A stretch of DNA of 64,000 nt from SAR202 cluster bacterium (GCA_016872515.1 VGZR01000008.1:4112-68111); one strand, 5' to 3'; positions 49,385 to 59,431 are shown, counted from the stretch's first letter. The notes: a model not told the origin generated them from the letters alone. Numbers and translations: made by a program.

Positions 49385-49459
49385 GAGTGTTCAGTAGCCG
49401 TCGCGCCTGTGCGTCGGCCACACAGTCCTTTCACATCCACACGAGGGGGCCTGCTTACG

Positions 49460-49483
49460 AAAAAGCCCCGCACTGGGCGGGGC
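49460..49483 (-). terminator. Intrinsic terminator downstream of the bifunctional-nuclease gene
   Basis: Minus strand GCCCCGC-CCAGT-GCGGGGC followed by TTTTT (plus strand AAAAA 49460-49464, stems 49465-49471 / 49477-49483). Confidence 0.7.
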
Positions 49484-49529
49484 AAGGACTACCGGCTGCC
49501 AAGACTGGATAGCCGGTTACGCGACGTTC

Positions 49530-50213
49530 TTATTTGCCCGGCGAAGGCTTCTTGGTCTTCCCTTCGCCCAGGTCATCCAGGTCAAGCGTGGAGATAAACT
49601 CACTGAAGGCGGAGAGGCTGCGCAACTCCTCGTCGCGCAATGGCCTGGGCTGGGCCGAGCCATCCGTCGCGACGATGGGCTTGCCCGTCTCCTCGTCCAT
49701 CTCCACCCCTGCCTTTTCGAGCACGGAATCCTCGGCGAAGATGGGCGAGACGGGCCTTATCACCGGCTCGAGCTCCTTGTGCGTCTTCTTGAGTTGTTCG
49801 ATGTACGCCTGAGCGCTGCCGATGGTCTCAAACACGTGCCGCCCACCCTTGGGGTCGAGGACGTAGTACCCCTGCCGCACCGCCAAGGCGATCGCATCGC
49901 TTGGCCGGGAGTCTATCTCCATTGTGCTCCCGTTGCCTTGAATGACAATCTTCGCGTAGAAGGTGTCGTTGTTCAAGTCCGATACCACAATCTTGTTGAC
50001 GGTAGCACCGAGCGAAGTGATGACGTTGCCGAGAAGGTCATGCGTCAGCGGGCGTGGAACAGTGACGTCTTGGAGCCTGACCGCGATGGCATCAGCTTCA
50101 TTCGGGCCGATCCAAATAGGCAGGTAGCGGTTGGAGTCCTTGACCCGCAGAATCACGACCCTGTGATAGTTCATCAGGCTAACGCGGATGCTGTCGATCA
50201 CCATCTCCAACAT
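49530..50213 (-). CDS. Bifunctional nuclease (DUF151/BFN) family protein with C-terminal extension
   Basis: MLEMVIDSIRVSLMNYHRVVILRVKDSNRYLPIWIGPNEADAIAVRLQDVTVPRPLTHDLL... Confidence 0.75.
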   Translation of the reverse strand: MLEMVIDSIRVSLMNYHRVVILRVKDSNRYLPIWIGPNEADAIAVRLQDVTVPRPLTHDLLGNVITSLGATVNKIVVSDLNNDTFYAKIVIQGNGSTMEIDSRPSDAIALAVRQGYYVLDPKGGRHVFETIGSAQAYIEQLKKTHKELEPVIRPVSPIFAEDSVLEKAGVEMDEETGKPIVATDGSAQPRPLRDEELRSLSAFSEFISTLDLDDLGEGKTKKPSPGK

Positions 50214-50244
50214 GGGCCGCTCCTCCTTGAGACCCCTCGAGCAA

Positions 50245-50273
50245 TTCTATGCCCGCCTAGGATAGGTGTCAAC
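50245..50273 (-). promoter_or_regulatory. Putative promoter of the BFN-family gene
   Basis: Minus strand TTGACA (50273-50268) - 17 nt - TAGAAT (50250-50245), about 30 nt upstream of ATG 50213, which is preceded by AAGGAGGAG. Confidence 0.55.
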
Positions 50274-50368
50274 GACGGCACCCACCTTGCGAGGTGTGCA
50301 CACTGGGTCTGCCATCAGCCCATCTGCGGCGTCGCACCCACGTTCATCAACAGGTGCACCCGCGTGAT

Positions 50369-50581
50369 TCACTTGGTATTGCCAACCGGACGAGGTTCAG
50401 CGGGCCTGACCGAACGCACCCGCTTTTCGAGCTCAGACCGCGCCAGCAGGATCCTGCGGTGACACGTGGTGCACTGAAGCCCGATGTCCGCGCCAAGCCT
50501 CACGACACGCCATTCGCGGCCCCCGCACGGGTGCTGCTTCTTCAGCACCACCACATCGCCCAGCCCCAGCTCCGCTACCAC
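50369..50581 (-). CDS. DUF951-family small protein
   Basis: 70 aa. LGDVVVLKKQHPCGGREWRVVRLGADIGLQCTTCHRRILLARSELEKRV. Confidence 0.7.
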   Translation of the reverse strand: MVAELGLGDVVVLKKQHPCGGREWRVVRLGADIGLQCTTCHRRILLARSELEKRVRSVRPAEPRPVGNTK

Positions 50582-51420
50582 TCCTTGCCCTCAGCGTCGA
50601 GGATGCCGTTGATGCTGTCGCGCAGGTCTTTGGCGGCAGACCTGGCCGCGGTTGCGTACCCTGTTGTGCTTCGGGATGCGTAGATGATGCCTCGCGAGGA
50701 GCTCACCAGGAGGCCACGTCCCTTCCAATCCACACCGGCCTTCACCGATGCCTCCAGGTCTCCTCCCTGAGCACCCACGCCAGGGAGAAGGATGGGCATG
50801 TCTGGGCACAGACGCCGCACCGCCGTCAATTCGGCGGGATACGTAGCCCCCACGACTAGGCCGATGTTGCCATGTTTGTCCCATGACCGCGCGGACTCTG
50901 CGATACGCTCGTACAGCCGTCCGCCTACAGTCTGGGCCACACCCTGAAACTCAGCCGCGCCCGGATTGGAGGAGCGGCACCACACGAACGCTCCTTTGTC
51001 GGGCCGCTCGAAGAAGGGGGCAAGAGACTCACCGCCGCCGGAGGCATTCACCGTCGCCGCGTCGAAACCCCACACGTCGAACATCGCCTGCGCGTATCTA
51101 CTACTTGCATGTCCGACATCACCCCGTTTGCCGTCGCCGATAATCAGCACGCGAGGGGCCACGGCGCGGATGTGCGCCACCGTGCCCTCCAACGCCTTTA
51201 ACCCTGGAATCCCCAGGGCTTCGTAGAAAGCGAGGTTGGGCTTGTAGGCGCAGACAAGGTTTTTCGTCGCGTCCACGATGCCCTTGTTGAAGGCAAGCAC
51301 GTCGGCGACTGGCATGAGGGCCGGATCGGGGTCCAGCCCAATGCACACGAGGCTCTTCGCTGCGTCCATGGCCTCGTTCAGCCGTTGGGTGAACCCTTTC
51401 ATTTCCGCCTCGGTTTCCAC
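50575..51420 (-). CDS. pyrF: Orotidine 5'-phosphate decarboxylase (long, type 2)
   Basis: ...SLVCIGLDPDPALMP...CAYKPNLAFYEALG...IIGDGKRGDVGHAS. The start may be ATG 51402. Confidence 0.88.
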   Translation of the reverse strand: METEAEMKGFTQRLNEAMDAAKSLVCIGLDPDPALMPVADVLAFNKGIVDATKNLVCAYKPNLAFYEALGIPGLKALEGTVAHIRAVAPRVLIIGDGKRGDVGHASSRYAQAMFDVWGFDAATVNASGGGESLAPFFERPDKGAFVWCRSSNPGAAEFQGVAQTVGGRLYERIAESARSWDKHGNIGLVVGATYPAELTAVRRLCPDMPILLPGVGAQGGDLEASVKAGVDWKGRGLLVSSSRGIIYASRSTTGYATAARSAAKDLRDSINGILDAEGKEW

Positions 51421-51497
51421 AGATTGGATGAGTCCTGCATACTTTACAACGTCCTGTAGACGTTCAGAAGGCCGCGTGAAAATATCCTACAGAACCC

Positions 51498-52193
51498 ATG
51501 AAGTTGCCAAAGGGGTTGAAACAGGGACACTTCGTCAGCCGCGTGAACCGCTTCCTGGCGGTAGCCACCTGCGAGGGCCGGGAGGTGGCTGTCCATGTGG
51601 CCAATTCCGGCCGTATGGCCGAGCTGTTCCAGCCAGGAAACCGCGTCATCCTGCGGCCCGAGGAGGGGGTGGCCGGGCGCAAGACCCGATACGATCTGGT
51701 CTTGGTGGAGGCGAACGGGACCCTCGTCTCAGCCGATGCCAGGCTGCCAAGCACGCTGTTGCGCGAAGCGATAGAGGCAGGGCGGCTGCCCGAGTTCTCT
51801 GGCTTCGAGCGGGTCGAGAGCGAGGTAACCCTGGGAGATAGCCGCATAGACCTTCTGCGCTCCAGTAGGTCAGGCCGTTGCTATGTGGAAGCCAAGTCCG
51901 TGACCCTTGTTGTTGGTGGCGCCGCCCTGTTTCCCGACGCACCGACGGCGTGCGGCCAAAAGCACCTGCGCTCACTAATCTCGGCTGTATCGCGGGGGCA
52001 CCGTGCGGCAGTTGCGTTCGTCGTCCAGCGCCCCGACGCCGACGTCTTCTCCCCCAACCAGGCAGCCGACCCAGAGTTCTGTGGCGTCCTAGAGAATGCC
52101 GTCCGAAAGGGCGTCGAGGCCTATGCCTACACATGCAGCGGCACTACAAAGAAGGTGGCGATTACTGGCAACATCCCTGTTGTGCTAAGTTAA
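51498..52193 (+). CDS. sfsA: SfsA-family nuclease / sugar fermentation stimulation protein
   Basis: GHFVSRVNRFLAVATCEGREVAVHVANSGRM...CYVEAKSVTL...ALFPDAPTACGQKHLRSL. Confidence 0.85.
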   Translation: MKLPKGLKQGHFVSRVNRFLAVATCEGREVAVHVANSGRMAELFQPGNRVILRPEEGVAGRKTRYDLVLVEANGTLVSADARLPSTLLREAIEAGRLPEFSGFERVESEVTLGDSRIDLLRSSRSGRCYVEAKSVTLVVGGAALFPDAPTACGQKHLRSLISAVSRGHRAAVAFVVQRPDADVFSPNQAADPEFCGVLENAVRKGVEAYAYTCSGTTKKVAITGNIPVVLS

Positions 52194-52203
52194 GGAAGAG
52201 GCC

Positions 52204-52908
52204 ATGAGCAGCCCAGGCCGTCGGCGTCAGCTCGGCGCTAAACTGCTCACCATCTACCGCCTCCTCTTCGACCACTATGGGACCCAGGGCTGGTGGCCGG
52301 CGGACGGCCCCTTCGAGGTCATGGTAGGAGCGGTCCTTGCCCAGTCCGCTGCGTGGACGAACGTGGAAAAGGCTATCGCGAACCTCAAGACGGCCAATGC
52401 CATGTCGCCACAAGCCATCCGGGGCCTTCCCGATGAGCGGCTGGCCGAACTGGTCAGACCAAGCGGCTACTACAACGTCAAGGCGCGCAAGCTCAAGGCC
52501 CTGGCGCACTTCTTCAACGAGGCCTATGGCGACGACATCGCCGCGATGCGGGCCGAGGATGGCAAAGTGTTGCGGGAAAAACTCTTGCGTGTTTACGGCA
52601 TCGGCGAGGAGACCGCAGACGACATCGCCTTGTATGCGGCGGACATCCCCACTTTTGTGATAGATGCTTACACCAAGCGCCTCTTCGCCCGGCTCGGGCT
52701 GGCGCCTCAAGAGGCGCCCTACGCAGCCCACCGCGCCATGTTCATGGACAACCTCCCCGCAGAAAGCGGCCTCTACAACGAATACCATGCGCTCATCGTC
52801 CGCCACGCCAAAGACATCTGCCGGAAAACCCGGCCGCTCTGCGAGAGGTGCGTTCTGGTTGACCTTTGCCCAACAGGAAAGAGCGTCGTCAGGGGAGGCA
52901 CGGAATAG
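52204..52908 (+). CDS. Endonuclease III-related HhH-GPD protein with Fe-S cluster loop
   Basis: ...LRVYGIGEETADDIALY (HhH-GPD) ... CRKTRPLCERCVLVDLC (C-x6-C-x2-C-x5-C). Confidence 0.8.
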   Translation: MSSPGRRRQLGAKLLTIYRLLFDHYGTQGWWPADGPFEVMVGAVLAQSAAWTNVEKAIANLKTANAMSPQAIRGLPDERLAELVRPSGYYNVKARKLKALAHFFNEAYGDDIAAMRAEDGKVLREKLLRVYGIGEETADDIALYAADIPTFVIDAYTKRLFARLGLAPQEAPYAAHRAMFMDNLPAESGLYNEYHALIVRHAKDICRKTRPLCERCVLVDLCPTGKSVVRGGTE

Positions 52909-53016
52909 CCGAGAACCACCGGGACTGCGGCCCTACCCGCCTCCCGACACCTCTTGTACACCGGTCGCCGCCGTGCTATACTGCCAGTAACAGCTTCTCC
53001 TCCGTTCGCTTTGCTT

Positions 53017-53042
53017 GAAAAGTGGGGTCTTCCCCACTTTTC
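53017..53042 (+). terminator. Intrinsic terminator upstream of nusA
   Basis: GAAAAGTGGGG-TCTT-CCCCACTTTTC (11-bp stem) followed by TTGTT. Confidence 0.7.
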
Positions 53043-53086
53043 TTGTTAGAGGGAGGTTGTGATGGACTCAAGGGGGTGGCAGAAGC

Positions 53087-54613
53087 ATGAAGAGCGATTT
53101 CCTGATTGCTTTGACTCAACTAGCCGCCGAGCGCAATCTGCCGAAAGAAATCGTGCTGTCAGCCATCGAGGCTGCCCTCGTATCCGCATACCGGAAGGAC
53201 AGCCTCTCCGCCGGTCAAAACATCTCGGTCAAACTCGACCCTGGCTCCGGCGATGTCAGCGTCTATCTGCTCAAGACGGCTGTCGAGGCGGTCGCCGACC
53301 CACAACTTGAGATAAGCCTTCAAGACGCGAGGAAAATCAAGCCCGACGTCAAAGTCGGCGACGGGGTTCCCACCGAGACCTTGAGCCACAGCGCGGGCCG
53401 CGTCGCCGCCCAGACCGCCAAACAGGTGGTCCTCCAGCGTCTGCGGGAGGCCGAGCGCGAGTTGGTGTTCGAGGAGTACGCCCACAAGGAGGGCGAGGTC
53501 TTCACCGTCACCATCCAACGCATCGAGCCAAAACAGATCACCGTTGAACTCGGCAGGGCCGAGGCCATCCTGCCCACCTCGGAGCAGGTCTATTTCGAGC
53601 GGTACCGGGTAGGCCAGAAGCTCAAGATCCTCCTCCAGTCCGTCCGCAAGTCCACCAAGGGCCCGGAGTTGATCGTCTCCAGGGCCGACAAGCAGTTGCT
53701 CAAGCGCCTGTTCGAGATGGAGGTGCCGGAGATCTTCAACGGCGCCGTCGAGATCAAGGCCATCGCCCGCGAGCCGGGCGCGCGGAGCAAGGTAGCCGTC
53801 TGGGCCCGGCAAGAGGGAGTCGACCCCGTCGGGTCGTGCGTAGGGCTAAGGGGCATCCGCATCCAGAATATCGTGAACGAACTCCACGGCGAGAAGATTG
53901 ACGTGGTGGCCTGGGACAAAGAGCCGGCCATCTTCGTCGCCCATGCCCTCAGCCCGGCGCAGGTCTTGGGCGTGGACCTGAACCACGAGACTGGCACGGC
54001 CGCGGCCACCGTGCCCGACCGGGTACTCTCGCTGGCCATCGGCAAGGAAGGCCAAAACGCGAGGCTGGCTGCCAAACTGACCGGCTGGAAGGTGGACATC
54101 AAGAGCGACGTCGAGGCTGCCGCGGCCCAGCCGGCCAAGGGGCCATCCAAGCAAGCGGCCGCCGTCGCTGAGCGGTCCGCCGAGGCCAAACCGGCCAAGG
54201 CTGAGGTGAAGGCGCCCGTCGTGGCCGCTGCCAAACAAGAGGCTCTGGTACCCGCCGCGGAGTTGGCGGCTGCCCCGGCGTCCAGTACGGAAGGTGCACA
54301 GGCCCCCCCTGAAGCAGCCGAGGGCGAAGCGCAGAAGCAGCCCGACGCGCTCGATGCAGACCTGCTCAAGCTCCTCGAAGGGGAAGGGCAAGCAGAAGAG
54401 CAGGAGACTGCCCCCGTGCAGGAGCAGTCTGCTTCCTTGAGCGAGCTTCCCCCGGATATCTGGTCGGTCCGCAGGGCAGGAGCCGCGCCCGAGCCGGGAC
54501 GCATCCGCTTCGCAGAAGACATTGTGGAGCTCCGCGCCGGCCCAGGCCGCGGGAAGCGCGGCGACGACTCCAAGGCCGGGAAGCGTAAGTCCAAGACGGG
54601 CAAGTGGCGCTAG
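53087..54613 (+). CDS. nusA: Transcription termination/antitermination factor NusA
   Basis: MKSDFLIALTQLAAERNLPKEIVLSAIEAALVSAYRK...S1 and KH domains... Ala/Glu/Lys-rich C-terminal tail, 508 aa. No rimP upstream. Confidence 0.93.
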   Translation: MKSDFLIALTQLAAERNLPKEIVLSAIEAALVSAYRKDSLSAGQNISVKLDPGSGDVSVYLLKTAVEAVADPQLEISLQDARKIKPDVKVGDGVPTETLSHSAGRVAAQTAKQVVLQRLREAERELVFEEYAHKEGEVFTVTIQRIEPKQITVELGRAEAILPTSEQVYFERYRVGQKLKILLQSVRKSTKGPELIVSRADKQLLKRLFEMEVPEIFNGAVEIKAIAREPGARSKVAVWARQEGVDPVGSCVGLRGIRIQNIVNELHGEKIDVVAWDKEPAIFVAHALSPAQVLGVDLNHETGTAAATVPDRVLSLAIGKEGQNARLAAKLTGWKVDIKSDVEAAAAQPAKGPSKQAAAVAERSAEAKPAKAEVKAPVVAAAKQEALVPAAELAAAPASSTEGAQAPPEAAEGEAQKQPDALDADLLKLLEGEGQAEEQETAPVQEQSASLSELPPDIWSVRRAGAAPEPGRIRFAEDIVELRAGPGRGKRGDDSKAGKRKSKTGKWR

Positions 54614-54912
54614 CCCGAAGGGCAGGCCAAAAGGCAAGCCGCGGTCACGTCCCAGAGCGAACGTGCATCCTCTGCGGAACCAAGGCCGCCAAGCGGGACC
54701 TGGTGCGGATCGTGGCGATGCCGGACGGCGCCATCCGTCTCGACCACGAAGGCAAGGCCCCTGGACGCGGCGCGTACGTCTGCCGCCGGCCAGAATGCAA
54801 ACGCGATAACCTGAAGATGCAGCGCCTCAGCCACGTGCTGAGGGCGAAGGTGCCGGAAAGCGACTGGGCCGCGCTGGTGGGTTCTCTTGAGGCGGACAAG
54901 GCTTCAGGCTGA
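54604..54912 (+). CDS. YlxR/DUF448-family RNA-binding protein
   Basis: RTCILCGTKAAKRDLVRIV...GRGAYVC. Canonical position between nusA and infB. Start uncertain. Confidence 0.8.
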   Translation: MALARRAGQKASRGHVPERTCILCGTKAAKRDLVRIVAMPDGAIRLDHEGKAPGRGAYVCRRPECKRDNLKMQRLSHVLRAKVPESDWAALVGSLEADKASG

Positions 54913-54969
54913 TCCGCGCCGTGGTAGTATGTGGGGCCGGAGTCCTTGAAATCCGACCCGTAGGTTCTG

Positions 54970-56820
54970 ATGACCAGCAAGACCGAAAAGACGAACGTAC
55001 CTGCGCAGCCGACCGCCGCGACCGCCGTGGCGGTTGCCAAGGCACGCGGCGCGCAGAAACCTGCTCCGCCAGCCCCCAAGCCGCTGGACATCCCCCAAGC
55101 CATCGCGGTCGGCGAGTTGGCCAAGGTGATGAAGGTCACCCCCATCGAAGTCATCAAACAACTCATGCGCCAGGGCCACATGTTCTCGGTCAACGAGATC
55201 ATCAACCACGACGTGGCCGCTGAGATTGCCACGGACTTCGGCTTCACCGTTTCCCAGACGGCTGAAAAGGCCGAGTCTGCCCGGCTGACGGTCTCTACCG
55301 AAGGCGAAGACCCCGCGCAGCTTCAGCCACGCTCGCCGGTGGTTACCATCCTTGGCCATGTTGACCATGGCAAGACCACCTTGCTCGATGCCATCCGGAA
55401 CACCCGGGTGGCCGCAGGCGAGGCCGGCGGCATCACTCAGCACATCGGCGCCTACCAGGTCGAGTACAAAGGCAACCGCATCACCTTCCTGGACACCCCC
55501 GGCCATGCGGCCTTCACTGCCATGCGGGCCAGGGGCGCCAAGGTCACCGACATCGCGGTCTTGGTCGTGGCCGCCGACGACGGCATCATGCCCCAGACCA
55601 TCGAGGCCATAGACCACGCCAAAGCCGCTGGCGTGCCCATTGTCGTCGCCATCAACAAGATGGACAAACCCGGCGCCAACCCGGACAAGGTGAAGCAACA
55701 GCTTTCGGAGCACGCCCTCGTCGTCGAGGAGTGGGGCGGCGATGTCATCGCCGTACCGGTGTCGGCCTTGAAGGGTCAGGGCATCCCCGACCTCCTGGAG
55801 AACCTCCTGGTGGTCGCGGAAGTCGCGGAGCTTAAGGCCAACCCGAACCGTAGCGCCAAAGGCATCGTCGTCGAGGCCCGCATAGACAAAAGCCGCGGCC
55901 CCGTGGCGACCGTCCTCGTCCAGACCGGCACGCTCCGAGTCGGCGACTACCTGGCAGCCGGACCGCACAAGGGCCGCGTCAAGGCCATGCTCGACGACAG
56001 TGCCAAGCGGATCAAAGAAGCAGGCCCCTCCGCTCCTGTGGAGATACTGGGCATGGAGACGCTGCCAGAGGCCGGCGAAAAGTTTGAGACAGTCGCGGAC
56101 GAGAAGACCGCGCGGCAGATGACCGAGGCCAAAGCTCAGGAACGGCAGGCCCGCAGCGGGGCCGGGGTGACCCTGGAAGATGTGTACACCCGGATCGAGG
56201 CGGGCGAGGTCAAAGCCCTCAACCTCATCCTGAAGACCGACGTCCAAGGCAGCGTCGAGGCTATCCGTAAGGCGCTGGAGCGCCTGAACACCGAGCGCAC
56301 GCGGGTGAACGTCATCCATGCCGCCGCAGGGAGCATCACCGAGAGCGACGTGTTGTTGGCGGTGGCTTCCAAAGCAATCATCGTAGGTTTCAACAGCCAG
56401 CCCGAGCCTGGAGCGCGCACCCTGGGCAACCAGGTCAGCGTGAACATCCGCCACTACAACATCATCTACTCCCTGGTTGACGACATCGAGCGCGCCCTTA
56501 AGGGCCTGCTCGAGCCGGTGTACAAGGACATCATCGAGGGCCAAGCCACCATCAGGGCTGTGTTCTCGCTGGGCCGCGGCACCACGGTCGCCGGGTTCTA
56601 CGTCAACAGCGGCAAGATTGCCCGCGACGCGGAGATACGCGTGTTCAGGGGCGGCAAGCAGGTCTTCGCCGGCCAGATCGGGAGCCTGAAGCACTTCAAG
56701 GACGACGTCCGCGAGGTCAACACAGGCCTAGAGGGCGGTATCACCTTAGAAGGTTTCAAGGACTACCAGACCGGCGACGTACTGGAAGCCCATCGCCGCC
56801 AGCAGGTCGGGGTCGGCTAA
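54970..56820 (+). CDS. infB: Translation initiation factor IF-2
   Basis: ...[20 protein letters not shown]...DTPGHAAF...NKMD..., 616 aa. Confidence 0.96.
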   Translation: MTSKTEKTNVPAQPTAATAVAVAKARGAQKPAPPAPKPLDIPQAIAVGELAKVMKVTPIEVIKQLMRQGHMFSVNEIINHDVAAEIATDFGFTVSQTAEKAESARLTVSTEGEDPAQLQPRSPVVTILGHVDHGKTTLLDAIRNTRVAAGEAGGITQHIGAYQVEYKGNRITFLDTPGHAAFTAMRARGAKVTDIAVLVVAADDGIMPQTIEAIDHAKAAGVPIVVAINKMDKPGANPDKVKQQLSEHALVVEEWGGDVIAVPVSALKGQGIPDLLENLLVVAEVAELKANPNRSAKGIVVEARIDKSRGPVATVLVQTGTLRVGDYLAAGPHKGRVKAMLDDSAKRIKEAGPSAPVEILGMETLPEAGEKFETVADEKTARQMTEAKAQERQARSGAGVTLEDVYTRIEAGEVKALNLILKTDVQGSVEAIRKALERLNTERTRVNVIHAAAGSITESDVLLAVASKAIIVGFNSQPEPGARTLGNQVSVNIRHYNIIYSLVDDIERALKGLLEPVYKDIIEGQATIRAVFSLGRGTTVAGFYVNSGKIARDAEIRVFRGGKQVFAGQIGSLKHFKDDVREVNTGLEGGITLEGFKDYQTGDVLEAHRRQQVGVG

Positions 56821-56861
56821 AGAACTCCCCGCGCCAATCTCTTCTCGAGGTCCGCGCCCAC

Positions 56862-57224
56862 ATGACCCGCCGAATGGACCGCATCAACGTGCTCATGCTT
56901 CAGGAGATCAGCCGCATCCTGAGCCTCGAACTTCGGGACCCCAGGCTCGCCACCGTGGTCAGCATCACCAAGGTGGAGACCTCTCCCGACTTGAAGAACG
57001 CCAGAGTCCTCGTCAGCGTTCTGGGGGACAAGGATGAGAAGAGGAAGAGCCTGCAGGCGCTGAAGTCCGCGTCTGGCTTCATCCACCATCACCTTCGGGA
57101 GAACCTCTCGCTGCGCATCATCCCGCGGCTGGAGTTCGAACTCGATCTCTCCATCGAACGTGGTGCTGAGATGCTCGAACTCATCAGGCAAGTCACCTCA
57201 GGGGAGTCGCCGGAAAAGAAGTGA
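56862..57224 (+). CDS. rbfA: Ribosome-binding factor A
   Basis: RINVLMLQEISRILSLELRDPRLATVVSITKVETSPDLKNARVLVSV. Confidence 0.92.
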   Translation: MTRRMDRINVLMLQEISRILSLELRDPRLATVVSITKVETSPDLKNARVLVSVLGDKDEKRKSLQALKSASGFIHHHLRENLSLRIIPRLEFELDLSIERGAEMLELIRQVTSGESPEKK

Positions 57225-58204
57225 ACCAGCCTTCCACCCGCCCACCGCCACGGCCTCAGCCCTTCGAAGCCGATGGAGCCATAGACGGCATCCTAAATGT
57301 TGATAAGCCGGCCGGCATCACTTCGATGGACGTCGTCCGCCGAATCAAGCGCGCCAGCAGGCAGAAACGGGTAGGCCACGGCGGCACGCTCGACCCGTTC
57401 GCGACCGGCGTGATCCCGGTCTGCATGGGCCAAGCCACACGTATGATGGAGTACCTCATCGAGGGCGGGAAGGAGTACCGCGGAGTCGTCGAACTCGGCG
57501 TCGAGACCGACACCTACGACTCAACAGGCGAGGCCGTCGCCAGTGCAGACACTAGCGGTATCACCCAAGACCAGGTGACAGCCACATTGGCTGGCTTCGA
57601 TGGCACCATCGAGCAGGTGCCGCCTATGTACAGCGCCCTCAAGCGGCAGGGCCAGCGGCTGTACACGTTGGCCAGAGCCGGCATCGAGGTGGAGCGGGAA
57701 CCGAGAAAGGTCGAGGTCTTCCGCGCCGTGCTGGAGGATTGGATGCCGCCGCTGGCGACCATCTATGTGAGCTGCAGCCGCGGCCTCTACATGCGCTCGT
57801 TGGCCCACGACCTAGGCCAGAAACTCGGCTGCGGCGGGCACCTGAAGAGCCTCGTGCGCCTACGGAGCGGCCCGTTCAAAATCGAGGAGTCTGTCACCCT
57901 TGACGAGGCCGAGCGCGCCTTCGCCAGCGCTTCCTGGGGGCAACTGCTCCACCCGCCAGACGCCGTCCTTTCGGACCTGCGGGCCGTTGTAGTCAACCGC
58001 AAGATAGAGGAGCGGGTCCGCCAGGGGCAAGCGTTGCCTGTAGGGCTCCGTATGGCCCCCTCCCAGCCCGAAGAGCCGGCGCGGGTGTATTCCGCTGAGG
58101 GAAGGTTCCTTGCGGTCATAGCATTCAACGCCGCTTCCGGACAGTGGCAACCCACGAAGGTTTTCGATATCAGGCATATTGACAGCGCCCTAGTTAGGGC
58201 ATAA
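57221..58204 (+). CDS. truB: tRNA pseudouridine(55) synthase
   Basis: GILNVDKPAGITSMDVV...VGHGGTLDPFATGVIPVCMG (catalytic Asp)... Confidence 0.93.
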   Translation: MNQPSTRPPPRPQPFEADGAIDGILNVDKPAGITSMDVVRRIKRASRQKRVGHGGTLDPFATGVIPVCMGQATRMMEYLIEGGKEYRGVVELGVETDTYDSTGEAVASADTSGITQDQVTATLAGFDGTIEQVPPMYSALKRQGQRLYTLARAGIEVEREPRKVEVFRAVLEDWMPPLATIYVSCSRGLYMRSLAHDLGQKLGCGGHLKSLVRLRSGPFKIEESVTLDEAERAFASASWGQLLHPPDAVLSDLRAVVVNRKIEERVRQGQALPVGLRMAPSQPEEPARVYSAEGRFLAVIAFNAASGQWQPTKVFDIRHIDSALVRA

Positions 58205-58237
58205 TGTGTCTAGCTACAAAATCAAGGAGGGGCAGCA

Positions 58238-58378
58238 ATGGAGGCTTATTGTTTCAAGTGCCGGGCAAAGCGTGACATCAAGAACGCACAGCCGGTGAAG
58301 CTGAAGAACGGCCGCCCGGCCACCCAGGGCACCTGCCCGGTCTGCAAGACGAAGGTCTTCCGGATCGGCCGCGGCTAG
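58238..58378 (+). CDS. 46-aa zinc-ribbon protein (DUF5679-like), below the ORF-track size cutoff
   Basis: ATG 58238, 7 nt after AAGGAGG. MEAYCFKCRAKRDIKNAQPVKLKNGRPATQGTCPVCKTKVFRIGRG, stop TAG 58376-58378. Confidence 0.7.
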   Translation: MEAYCFKCRAKRDIKNAQPVKLKNGRPATQGTCPVCKTKVFRIGRG

Positions 58379-58478
58379 AAGCCCACAACAACCGACCAAC
58401 GTAAGCGGGAACGACTCCCTCGTCAAGGCGGTGCCAGAAGTCCGCGCGGGGAGTCGCTCGCATCGTGTGTGGAGTTCC

Positions 58479-58507
58479 TTGACCCCGCCCGTCTCCCCTC
58501 GTACAAT
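58479..58507 (+). promoter_or_regulatory. Putative promoter of rplU-rpmA-rpmE
   Basis: TTGACC (58479-58484) - 17 nt - TACAAT (58502-58507), about 33 nt upstream of the rplU start. Confidence 0.55.
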
Positions 58508-58540
58508 GGAACTTCGGGTTGAAATCGAAAGGTGATTAAC

Positions 58541-58858
58541 GTGGCGACTTACGCAGTCGTTCAGACGGGCAGCAAACAGTACCTGGTGAGGGAGGGCGAC
58601 ACGATACGTGTCGAGTCCCTTCCACACGAGCAGGGCGAGACCATCGAACTCAAAGATGTTCGTGTCCTTTCGCACGAAGGCAAGGTCACTGTCGGCAATC
58701 CGACCGTGCCCGGGGCCAAGGTGACGGCGAAGGTAGCCGCCAACGGCTTGGGCGAAAAGGTCGTCATCTTCAAGTACAAGTCCAAGACCCGCAACCGCCG
58801 CAAGACGGGCCACCGACAAGGCTTCACCGAACTTAAAGTCACCTCTATCAAGGCCTAG
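58541..58858 (+). CDS. rplU: 50S ribosomal protein L21
   Basis: GTG 58541, 6 nt after GAAAGGTGA. (M)ATYAVVQTGSKQYLVREGDTIRVE...FKYKSKTRNRRKTGHRQ. The track start 58532 is also possible. Confidence 0.93.
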   Translation: MATYAVVQTGSKQYLVREGDTIRVESLPHEQGETIELKDVRVLSHEGKVTVGNPTVPGAKVTAKVAANGLGEKVVIFKYKSKTRNRRKTGHRQGFTELKVTSIKA

Positions 58859-58870
58859 GGGGCAGTCCAA

Positions 58871-59125
58871 ATGGCACACAAGAAGGGCGCAGGCAGCACA
58901 CGCAACGGCCGGGACAGCAGCGGCAAGCGGCTCGGCGTCAAGCGCTACGACACACAGACCATCCGCGCGGGCACCATCATCGTCCGGCAGCGGGGCACGA
59001 AGATTCAGCCCGGCACCAATGTCGGGATGGGCAGAGATTACACCCTCTACGCCCTCGTGGACGGCAAGGTCAAGTTCGAGCACGCCACCCGCGAGCGCAG
59101 GCGGGTCAGCGTCTATCCCAGCTAA
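58871..59125 (+). CDS. rpmA: 50S ribosomal protein L27
   Basis: [27 protein letters not shown]...[17 protein letters not shown]. Confidence 0.97.
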   Translation: MAHKKGAGSTRNGRDSSGKRLGVKRYDTQTIRAGTIIVRQRGTKIQPGTNVGMGRDYTLYALVDGKVKFEHATRERRRVSVYPS

Positions 59126-59137
59126 AGGCGATATCCC

Positions 59138-59341
59138 ATGAAACAAGGCATCCATCCCAAGTACTATCCTGAAGCACGGGTCATGTGCTCCTGCGGCAAC
59201 TCCTATACCACCGGCTCCACCAAGCAGCAGTTGCGCGTCGAGCTCTGCAACGTGTGCCACCCCTTCTTCACGGGCGAGCAGCGCATCGTGGACACCGAAG
59301 GGCGTGTGGACAGGATGAAGCGCAAATACAAGCTCCAGTAA
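59138..59341 (+). CDS. rpmE: 50S ribosomal protein L31 (Zn-binding type)
   Basis: MKQGIHPKYYPEARVMCSCGNSYTTGSTKQQLRVELCNVCHPFFTG. Confidence 0.95.
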   Translation: MKQGIHPKYYPEARVMCSCGNSYTTGSTKQQLRVELCNVCHPFFTGEQRIVDTEGRVDRMKRKYKLQ

Positions 59342-59367
59342 CTGCTACGTTTGCTGAACGCACGAGC

Positions 59368-59401
59368 CAGGGGTGAGAAAACTCACCCCTGCTTTGTTGT
59401 T
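59368..59401 (+). terminator. Intrinsic terminator after rpmE
   Basis: CAGGGGTGAG-AAAA-CTCACCCCTG (59368-59391) followed by CTTTGTTGTT. Confidence 0.75.
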
Positions 59402-59431
59402 GCGGGGAAACAGCGAGGATAACCCTCTCCG

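Noticed and set aside
53043-53086. Missing rimP upstream of nusA as a possible unannotated small ORF
   Set aside because: Only 44 nt lie between the terminator and the nusA RBS, and the overlapping ORF 53059-53310 is off-frame with nusA. rimP is simply not at this locus.
54904-56694. 596-aa minus-strand ORF
   Set aside because: Antisense shadow of infB, with no motifs. The infB frame has the canonical GTPase boxes.
58214-59260. 348-aa minus-strand ORF
   Set aside because: Antisense to the DUF5679-like ORF, rplU, rpmA and rpmE, which are all unambiguous on the plus strand.
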